Below are positions 15,801-25,030 of a DNA stretch of 64,000 nucleotides, one piece after another. The stretch is from Zygnema circumcarinatum SAG 698-1b (Eukaryota > Plantae > Zygnematophyceae), in contig CM074810.1 of the NCBI GenBank assembly GCA_037447605.1, positions 1,274,880-1,338,879 of the forward strand, given 5' to 3'. Position 1 is the first letter of the stretch. The number at the start of each line of letters is the position of its first letter. A program made the translations under genes and the position numbers. The notes below the pieces were generated by a model that saw only the letters and a list, made by a program, of their open reading frames with translations, had not been told where the DNA came from and did no database searches.

Positions 15801-17517
15801 GAATTTTAACAGTGGTATCGTGACTCCTCTGCCTTTTCTCCGAACGACAGCACCTCAAGAGCTGCTCCCAACGATTGCTTCAAGGAGGTATGAGCTGCAA
15901 GCGAGGTTGATAGCAAGCCTTAAGGCATGTTAACTCACCCCAACAACAGCCGGGTAGTCTTTAAGGGCGTACGTGACGTTCCTCCAGGTGTCGATCCAAA
16001 ATGATGTTGGGAACGTCTCATTGTACCAAAGGCCTCGCTCTGGCAATGGATTTTTGGGATTTGTTTTGTCAAGGCGGTGATAATCCAGAATCACTCTAAT
16101 GCCTCTCTTTCCAGCAGCATCTACGATCGTTTGCATCACTTCAATGGATGTCAGGTTCTGCAAAAAAAAATCCATTCCCTCGGCAAAATATCAAGCAATA
16201 TACAGGGCGGCGACCTCGAACATGAATTCTTCCTCAAGTATGTTGTTATCTTGGCTGCCAAGTTTAATGCTCCCGGTTGTAATAATAAAGGGCCGGGTGG
16301 AGAAAAAGTGATGTTTTTCTCCCTCTCGTCCCGCCACTCTCTTTCCATGAATTGAAACACGTGATTCGGACCCATGCTGGAGTATGCCTTTCAGTAAGAC
16401 GCAGGACATAATCATTGAGATGAGGCAAGCTTAAGCCAATGACAATGCAAACCTTACCACCAAGTCCGGATTTGTATACGTATTGATGCCAGTGGGAATG
16501 ACGTTTGGTTGAACGCAGGTCCCAGCGAATGCGAGTCGGATGAGGTTGAATTGCAGCTCCACCATCTGATCAAGGTAGGATTGGTAGTTCCGCTCGCCCC
16601 ATATTCCGTCCACAACACAGTTACTGCCCTCAAATCCGTTCCAGTTCACGCCCGAAAAGTACACCTGACAGAAGAAAACAACGTATAGATTAGGAGTATG
16701 TACCACAAACGTTAAATTTGTACATATTGCCTGCAGCATACAAGGCGTATGAGCACTGCTATGCACACATTGCATACATGCAGGAATGGATCCGCGCATA
16801 GATAGATGCACATTTGAAAGAAAATGCTACTTTTTGACGTGCATTGGAAGCATAAATAAGCGGCAAGTCAGCCCCCTTGTGACAGACCTTGTTCCCTTCA
16901 GAGTCCACGATATTGCTGCCGTCTGTGCTCCAATAGCCGGATCCTGCCTCAAGCCGCCTCCTCGGGAGCTTCAAGTCGGAGAAACCATCAGTTGATACTT
17001 CATAGGAGAACGCCAAATTCAGCATGGAGATGACAGTCAAAAGCCGTACAACCTGCAAACGTCCAGTTACCAGGCATATCCTATTAACATAAAAGGTTTT
17101 AAACTGTCTCTTTACTTGAAAGTTACTTGGATCCGTGCAGGGAAACAGCAGCCTCCAGCTGCATCCTGACTGCATTCAGAACTCCATCAAAACGATAAAG
17201 GTTCAGCTCGATCGTTGAAAGTCCACAGATATCAGACACTTGAAGAATAAGCGGAGCAATGCAGCTAGCATACACGAGCACCTGATAGATCTCATAAACT
17301 ATGTCACCAACACCAACACATAATTAAGCCTAATCCCTGAGCTCGCCCAGCTCTCCTGCAACTGCATTTCCTAGACCTTCCCGGTGCCAAGCGAATCTCC
17401 GTGCCTCCCTACCTTTGCAAGATCCTTCCTGCATCCCCTCCATGGATCCAAGTTACCACACTCTGCCATTGAAGCAGACGTCCCAGCCGCCTCCTTCCCT
17501 CTCCTTCTCTCCGCCAT
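12810..17517 (-). CDS. GH5 endo-beta-1,4-glucanase (cellulase, resembling GH5_1) with Pro/Ser-rich stalk and hydrophobic C-terminus
   Basis: Exons 17052-16888, 16664-16458, 16157-15939, 15679-15582, 14838-14718, 14412-14165, 13986-13849, 13581-12810 splice in frame. Motifs: [26 protein letters not shown] (acid/base Glu), VEG...WGGNL, YTVHDYG, VWVGEFG (nucleophile Glu), [15 protein letters not shown]. The start (ATG 17517) and the 5' exons are tentative. Confidence 0.9.
14476..14612. repeat. Degenerate (CT)n/(CTGT) tract in a GH5 intron
   Basis: Directly visible dinucleotide tract. Confidence 0.9.
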
Positions 17518-18174
17518 GGACAAGAGCTCACTTTCAGGAGAGCTGCAGCTGCAGTCCCTCTTGCAACCGCTGACAGGCCTCCTCTCCGTCGCGAACAGGA
17601 GTCAAACATCGACAAATGTGAATGCACCACGTGTACACGTTGTACACGTGGCGCATGATCATTGGCTATTGACTTGACTCTCTGCTGCAAATCGGAAGGC
17701 CTCGTGGATACGACAATTCGCATCTCGGTCCCTTTCGTACGTCGCCAGCGGTACGGACGATCTGCAAAGTGACCATACGGCGGGGCGGCAGGTACGGCAG
17801 GCACTGCAGAAAGTCACTTCTAGAATATCGGACGGCTGAGATTATTCAAAAGCTTGGCCCGCACATGTAATCGACGGCGCACATCTGCCGACAGGAGGGG
17901 CGCCTGGCGCCTACCGAGGCGTTTTGATTGGTCGCCCGCGCGGATACTAAATGAAACCGCGGTGCTCCAGGTTGGGGAAACCACGAGTGGTTTGGTTCGA
18001 TGACGCTGACGTATTTAACGTCAGCAAGTTGCCAACCGCTCTTCCGGATGGCGTCACACATTGGCGGCCTTTTGCTTGCTTGCTCAGACGCCAAACGCGC
18101 GCGAGAGCAGCCATGGAGCAGCTGGGTGGCTAGCTGGGGGTGGGGGGAGGGGGGCATACGCGGGGGTGGGCGCG

Positions 18175-19200
18175 ATGGAGGGGAGGTGGAGGGAGAGGGT
18201 TTCCGGGCGGCGCTATCTTTTCCCGACTTCTCTGCAAGAAGCTCTTGCAGAGCTGGAGAGGATAAAGAAGGCCAGGGCGGACGGGACGTATGTGCGGACG
18301 CCAAAGACCGTGGGGCCGCCGGACGCACTGGCGGTGGAGACCTACGAGATACTGGTCCATGTGGACACAGGGGCAGTCGCCGAGATGGCTCTACTCGGTA
18401 TGATCCCCCGGTGGGTGGCCGTGCATCGTATAGCGGGCGACCCACCCCACAATGAGCAGTTCTTCGAGTGGTTCGCCAACAACAATGCGAAACTGGTGGA
18501 GGCTGCGGCATATATGGCGGATGTAAAAGCGAAGATGAAGTCCATCGGGCTTGGGCAGATTCTCGGGCTGTCCGGGGAGGCGATCCGGTACGTGGACGCT
18601 GCCTACTTGGCATGGAAGGAGACGCGGAGGTGGTATGCCAAGGTGGAGCTTAGGTTGGTGGAGGAGCACCGGGAAAAGATGAGGGAGCTGCAGGAGGATC
18701 GGAAGCAGCTGACCGATCAATTCGGTGTCCTATCGGGGGTGTTGGCCGAAATGTCGACACCATTGAGGGATATACCTGGGGCGGACGCGGCATATGTTGA
18801 ATATGAGGAGTCCGTCCGTGCCTTGTCCGATAGGGGGGCGGCTAGGAAGCTGAGGGATAAGCGCCTCAAGGCGTTGAGGATAGAACGGGCGAAGGCGAGA
18901 TTGCCGTCGCTCATGGATTTGCGGAAGGAGGCGGCGGGGTGGGGCCAAGGTCCGCGCGGGGCTAATATCTACCCGGCGGCCATGGCGGAGCAGGCCCGGT
19001 TGCGGGTCTTAGCGGAAGTGGGGCCACCAGCTCCATTTTACCGTGAGGATCCGCAGGGGGAGAGGGGGATAGCGAAGCCAGCGTCGTATTATAGGGCGCG
19101 GTTAGCCTATCCCGTCCCTCTGAGGCCGAGTCCGTCTCCTGGCGGAGGCGATCGCCAAACTGAGGGCGAGTCGTCCCTGGGAGTACCTGTTGGGCCCTGA
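18175..19200 (+). CDS. Intronless orphan ORF (~341 aa), helical/coiled-coil, unknown function, possibly transposon-associated
   Basis: An open frame of over 1 kb with GC-rich codons and non-repetitive, protein-like composition. I recognise no motif. It has no introns, unlike the neighbouring host genes. Confidence 0.55.
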   Translation: MEGRWRERVSGRRYLFPTSLQEALAELERIKKARADGTYVRTPKTVGPPDALAVETYEILVHVDTGAVAEMALLGMIPRWVAVHRIAGDPPHNEQFFEWFANNNAKLVEAAAYMADVKAKMKSIGLGQILGLSGEAIRYVDAAYLAWKETRRWYAKVELRLVEEHREKMRELQEDRKQLTDQFGVLSGVLAEMSTPLRDIPGADAAYVEYEESVRALSDRGAARKLRDKRLKALRIERAKARLPSLMDLRKEAAGWGQGPRGANIYPAAMAEQARLRVLAEVGPPAPFYREDPQGERGIAKPASYYRARLAYPVPLRPSPSPGGGDRQTEGESSLGVPVGP

Positions 19201-19606
19201 AACCCCAGAGCCATTGGATGAGGTGATGGCGGGCTCGATGGAAGGGGAGGGAGTGTAGGGAGGCACTTTGGAATGCTTGTACAAAAGAATGTTGACTTAA
19301 CATCACCAATACGATAGAACATGTGAGCGAAGTTTCGTCGTTGGGCTTTTACACGAGTTGACGTTACCCTGCAAACGCGCTGCAGATGGATCCATCTCGG
19401 AAGTTCAAAGCTTGAATCAGACATGGTTTGACATGTGGATGCTGAACTTGAAAGCAGGGTCAATGCATGAGAAGGAGGTTTGATGAGTTGAGCTGACTCC
19501 AGAAAGTCGGACTTGGAATTGCATTTTAAGAGTTGAACATTTGAAACTTTTATTTCGGGCCGCATACCTGGAGTCCACCATTTCGTTAACCCAGTTTTGG
19601 AAACTC

Positions 19607-20900
19607 TATCGACAAGCTTCCACAGATCGGACCATTAGACAAACCAGTCGACTGGTTGGCAACCAGTGGTTGCGGACCGAAACAACCATTCGACTGGTTT
19701 GGAACCAGTGGATGCCACTGGTTGGCAACCATTCGACTGGTTGCCAACCAGTGCCGCCGGATCGAAACAACCATTCGACTGGTTGCCAACCAGTGGCATC
19801 CACTGGTTCCAAACCATTCGACTGGTTGCCAACCAGTGGTTGCGGACCGAAACAACCATTCGACTGGTTGCGAACCAGTGGCGCAGGACTGAAACAACCA
19901 TTCGACTGGTTCGGAACCAGTGATCCAATGGTTGGCAACCATTGGATCATTGGTTCGACGACGCGACCTATAGTCACTCGCCACGTGGCCAAAGGCTAGT
20001 TCTGCGTGTTCCCACTAGACTAAGACTGTCGGTCGGTCCACATCCGGACCGAATCTCCTAAGGACCTTTGACAACGGCTAAGGACCGTACGGTGTACAGT
20101 TCGGGGCTATACCCCTACAGTCAACAGTCCTCATATTTTCCACCTTGTACAGTGCGTCCCCAAGAAATTCGCCCCGATTTTGCCGAAACCACCTTTTTGT
20201 ACGGTAAGTCTGTGTTAGCCGTAGTACCCGTACTATCCGTACCCTTAAAACCCTAAAATCCTAGAAACCCTAAAAACCGTACTAGCCGTACTAGCCGTAC
20301 TAGCCGTACTTGCTGTACTAGCCGTTACGGACTTCAGCAAAACTCACCGAATCTTCCCGCACGTGCCGCCGTAAGAGGCGCTCGCTCGTCTTTCCTCCTT
20401 CTTGGCTCCGATACGACACGATACTGAACGACACGGTGCGATACGGTACAATATGGTACGGTACGATACGTACGAACCAACATGAACTCTAACATGAACT
20501 CTAACAATACCGCCCGTCTATTGGTAACACGAACCATCTATTTGCAAAAATCAATATTTTCGCCTCATATTTGCCAAAACCATGGCGAAAATATGAGGAC
20601 TGTTGACTGTATTGTACACATAATTTTGGTGGGTTGCCAACCGTTGACAACTAGTGATTTAATGGTTGCCAACCATTTGATTTAATGGATATAACCATTC
20701 GACTGGTTGCCAACCAGTGCCGCCGGATCGAAACAACCATTCGACTGGTTGCCAACCAGTGGATGCCACTGGTTCACAACCAGTGGTTGCGGATCGAAAC
20801 AACCATTCGACTGGTTGGCAACCAGTAGACGTCCAACCATTGCCATCCAATGGTTGTCCAATGGTTGCCGATCCAATGGTCCGACCTGTGCAAGCTTCAA
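19607..20900. repeat. Composite foldback region: two arrays of short hairpins bounded by imperfect inverted repeats
   Basis: Left end aagcttccacagatcggaccatt (~19614-19636) is inverted relative to aatggtccgacctgtgcaagctt (~20875-20897). The arrays at ~19640-19950 and ~20620-20880 are built from ACTGGTT-NNN-AACCAGT hairpins. Confidence 0.75.
20118..20609. mobile_element. Tc1/mariner-type MITE (492 bp, non-autonomous)
   Basis: Perfect 23-bp TIR CAGTCAACAGTCCTCATATTTTC (20118-20140 and 20587-20609), flanked by TA on both sides (20116-17, 20610-11). No coding capacity. Confidence 0.85.
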
Positions 20901-21369
20901 CCAGCTTCCACTTGTTTGGCCCGTGGGCAAAAGTTCATTGACACTTGAAAATGGAAAGAAAATATTAGTTTTTTTCCCTTCTTTTTCCCACAGCAATTGA
21001 GCACAAGCCCAGTGGCTACAGCCGCTACAGCCAGTAGGAGATGCTGCTACAAAATCAAGAGGCCAAATGATATATTACCCTCCCGGCATGTACAGTGGAA
21101 AGAATAAAACACTACAAATTTCAATAAATTAACATATCTAAGACGGAAAAAACCTCTACTCTAAATAACTAAATCTTGATCATAAAGATATCAAATCGTG
21201 CTTATTATCAGAGCCAACCCTAAACCGACCCCTCTATCGCCTGCATACCCTCCCTCCTCCTCCTCCCCCCCCCCCCCTCCCTCCATTTCCAGCCTCACCA
21301 TACAAACCGACCATCAGTCTGCATGCAAAAACTCGTCTCCATCCCCTCCCTCTCTCCCTCAACTCCACC

Positions 21370-24136
21370 CTAATACTCCTCAAAACTCTCTGCGGGCTGC
21401 AACTCGTCACTACCGACCAGCCTTCCTGAAAAGTTTCCAGACACAGCGCTGTGCCCCGACCTGAAAGACTCATCGTCATGAAGACGCGAGGAAGGGAGAG
21501 GTCGAATTGGCATGTCAAGATGGCGGTTGATCGCTTCCGCTATGACCTTAGGGTGCGTGAGATGAGGGAGGTGGCCCGCAACGGGGATCATTTCCACGCA
21601 TGCATTGGGGAGGTGGTCGAGCATGTACTGAACGGGCTCCCACGGGACGGCGGCATCTCTTGCTGTTTGCAGGAGGTGGACCTGTTTGGAGACTTGCGGG
21701 ATGATGTAGCGCATGTCGCATGTGAAGATGGTTTTGAGAGTGCTGAAGGCGATGTCAGGGCGGATGAGGAAGAGGGAGCGGCAGAACTCGCGAACGGCAA
21801 CGGAGTCCACGTCTTCGCCCACCACCATGGGAGCAAAGCCTGAGGCCCAGGCCTGCACGGGAGGGGGGGGGAGGNNNNNNNNNNGGGAGGGAAGAAGAGG
21901 GGACACGAAGGGGAGGGAGGGGGAGGGGGCGGAGGGGAAGGGAAGGGAGTGAAGAAGAGAGAGAAGGACGAGTGCGATACAAGGGGTAGGAAGAGAGAAA
22001 GAAGGAGAGGGAAAGAGAAGGGACAGAGACAGAGGTGACGGGAGAGAGAGAGGGAGAGGGAGAACAAGTGGAAGAGAAAGAATGGAAGGAGAAGAGAAGG
22101 GGAGGGTGGCGGAAGAGGGACAAAAAGGGTAGAGGAAGTGGTGCGTAAAGATGGCGAAAAGTATGAGCAAGAGACAGAAGATGGCAGATGGAGAGTGACG
22201 CAACACACGCAATAAGGAAAACGAAGGGAGAGTGAAATAACCACAACGGAACGAGGGAAAGCATGAAACGATAAAACTGAAAAGAGAGCATTAGCCGCTT
22301 CAATGATAATAGAAAGAGAAAGAGAGGGTCGGGACAACTCGCTGTGTAGATCACCTTATAGTTATCCTGCATGGCTGCAAAAACCTGATCGAGCATCTCC
22401 AGAGTGAAGCCTCCCTTGTACCCCGGAGTGTCCAAATACCTGCCACACCCCATCGCCCACTTCACTTATCCACTCCGCCCTGCAAGACCCGCGGCATCTG
22501 TGCATATCTCTATATAGAACACAATTCAGTTCAGTTCACTTCAGTTCAGTTCAATTCAGTCCAATTCAGTTCAGTTCAATTCAGTTCAGTTCAGTTCAGT
22601 ACTGGAACACCTGAACTGCAAAGCAGCAAGCACGCACTGCCAATAAGAGCACAGCCTTCTCCCCCCGTCACCTCGGAGAGGCACCAATCAGAATCATGCG
22701 TTTGAAGACCTCCGGCCGCTCTGTGGACGCAATCACTCCCACCATGCCAGAAACCGAGTGCCCAATGTACGTCATTTCCTGCAGAACCGGAAAGCAAGCT
22801 CTGTAAGAAAGCAAAAACAAAGAAAATAAAGAAGTAGAGAACAGTAATAGCTTCGCCAGTTTGAGTTGCAAGGGAGGGAAATCGAGGGAGCTTCACACCT
22901 CTACTTCGAGCTCGTCCAGCACTTCAAGCAGGTCGTCTGCGTAGCCATGGAGGGTGCTGTAACGCTGGAAGTCGAAGCCCTCCGCATTCGTACTGCACTC
23001 AAAAAGTAACCCAAAAACATAAGAGCGCTGAACCTACCAAAGAAAGAAAAAAAAAAAAGCAGAACTTTCCAACGAGATAAACGAATGGGAAGCTTTACTC
23101 TCTCACCTGTAGGCTCCCATGAGGTCCCACAGAATGACTCTGTACTTGTTCACAAGGTCCATGTCTTCCAAGACATTTCCCCATATCTGTTGGTTGGTTC
23201 CGAACCCGTGGGAGAAGAAAAGAAGCTCCGGCCCCTCTCCCATGGCTATTACGTTATGTCTGGCGAGAGCGGAGCCAGGGGGAGCGTCAAGTTTCAAGGG
23301 CTTCGGAGCCTTCACGGAGGTTTCCATGCTTACGGCCCTGCACGCAATGGTAGTAAAACTCATTCAGTGATCGAATAACGAGACTGTGTGAGAAATCTGA
23401 AATCAGAAATCTGTTTCCTCTGAAATCTTTACTGCGTAACAAGACCAGGATGGAGACTCGAGGATTCTTACGTGGTTGGAACAGGCAAAGGCGTACGAGT
23501 AGTCTCCGGAAGCTCCGCGAGCTTATCCTTCAATTCATCTATGGTGCTCTCCTCTACCTTCACCTCCTTCGCTACCTTCACAACGGCCGGCTTCTCACTC
23601 TCCGCACCATTAAGCTCCACCTTCTCAACGCCCTCCTTCTCTCCAAGCACTACTTCCTCTCCCTTCTTCACCTCCCCAGCCTCGCTGTCAGCGACCTTCG
23701 CCACATCTCCTGCAAGCACTCCCTCTCCCTCCTTCCCCTCTCCCTCCCCGTCTCCCTCACTCTTCTTCCCCTCAGCCTTCCCCAGCACCAGGCGCCGTGA
23801 AGCAGTGTATGTCTTAGAGGAGGCGGAGCGGATGAGCTGCACCGCAACGCTTATCCTCCCCTTCTTCTCTTCTTCGCCCCCCTCCTGCACCTCCCCTTCC
23901 TCCTTCACCTTTCCACCAACCTCAGCCAAATCCCCTGCAACCACCCCCTCCTTCCCCTCTCCCTCTCCCTCCCCCTTCCCCTTCCCCAGCACCAGCCGCC
24001 TTGAAACAATATAGAATCTAGACGACGCAATGCGGATGAGCTTCGCCGCGCTGACCCTCCTCCCCTTCCCCTCCCCCTCCGCCACCACCGCTCCCTCCCT
24101 CTCCTCCCCCCGCTCCGCGCTCACGCACCCTCCCAT
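21370..24136 (-). CDS. KAI2: KAI2/D14-family alpha/beta hydrolase with a predicted in-frame N-terminal acylated extension (~554 aa model)
   Basis: Exons 24136-23472, 23337-23107, 22992-22899, 22778-22672, 22439-22355, 21852-21370 total 1665 nt in frame. Motifs: [35 protein letters not shown] (Ser), [33 protein letters not shown] (Asp), GHLPHL (His). The hydrolase core is secure; exon 1 fusion is inferred from splice signals. Confidence 0.9.
21875..21884. other. Assembly gap (10 N) in a purine-rich intron of the KAI2-like gene
   Basis: Run of N characters between G-rich flanks. Confidence 1.
22524..22600. repeat. (TTCAG)n-type pentanucleotide microsatellite in a KAI2-like intron
   Basis: About 15 imperfect TTCAG/TTCAA units. 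Confidence 0.9.
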
Positions 24137-24279
24137 CGTCTCTCTCCCTCCCCTCTCTCCCTCTCCTCTCTCCCGCCCTCTCCCTCCCCCCTCCGCCGGA
24201 TCTCCCCAATCCGCCCCCGCCCGTCGCCCCGTACAAGCGCCCCCCCGCGGATGAGCCCCGCCGCGTGGGTCGCCGTACT

Positions 24280-25030
24280 TATACACGTGGCGCCCGCCCG
24301 CTGGCCCCGCGATTCGCGGCCGAGCCGTACGGGGCGGCGGAGGGCCGCGCGCGCCGTAAATTGGGGGCGGCGGCAGCGCGGTCCCGCCGGGAGCGGCGGA
24401 CGCGGGGAGGGCGCCACGTGGCCTCCAGGGGGGGACGCATTGAAGGAGAGGGATCCCTGGGCGGCAGAGGCCGTTGGGAGCGGGCTTGGCCCTTATATGG
24501 GATTCGGCCAATGGTTTGGGCGTCACGTGGAAAATGGATGACGTGGAGAGTGGTAATTGGAGGATGATTTGTCCGGACTTGGGATTTTTAGGTCTTCGGG
24601 GGATTCGTGGAACGATTTTAGATTTGTCGCGACGTGAGAGTCGCACGTCGGGGACGCTTCAAGGGGAAAATGCGGGACCGGGGGGCGACGGGAGGATGTT
24701 TTGGGCTGCCCGTTGTCGGTGGGCTACCCGGGCAGGTGGCAAAAAAATGTACTTTTTGAGACAGGTCACAGGGCTGCGAACTGTTCGGGATGCCGCCCGG
24801 TCCAAAAGATGCCTCGGATGCTGCCCGCCCACCCGGGACCGCGGATAAGTTCTAGATCTGCCCGTCTTTATCCGGAAGCTGCCCGCCTGACCGTACGGTG
24901 CCGTTTGTCATTTTCTGGATTTTCAGAGGCAGATGCGGGCGAATCTGAGCTCAAAGTGAAAAGTGGGAAACAAAATAACGGAACGCTACGTGGTGCATAG
25001 AAAACGACGTGCGCATAAGGGGACACGTGG
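24280..25030. promoter_or_regulatory. G-box/ABRE-like cluster upstream of the KAI2-like gene
   Basis: CACGTG at 24284, 24415, 24524 and 25024, plus ACGTGG cores at ~24541 and ~24988. Confidence 0.45.

Noticed and set aside
19107-19565. Minus-strand 152-aa ORF as a transposase remnant
   Set aside because: No recognisable DDE, hAT or MULE motif, so I cannot support it without a search.
19640-20880. CRISPR array interpretation of the palindromic repeats
   Set aside because: The linkers are themselves repeated rather than unique spacers, there are no cas genes and the context is eukaryotic.
23472-24014. Ser/Pro/Phe-rich + strand ORF
   Set aside because: Antisense shadow of the purine-rich acylated exon.
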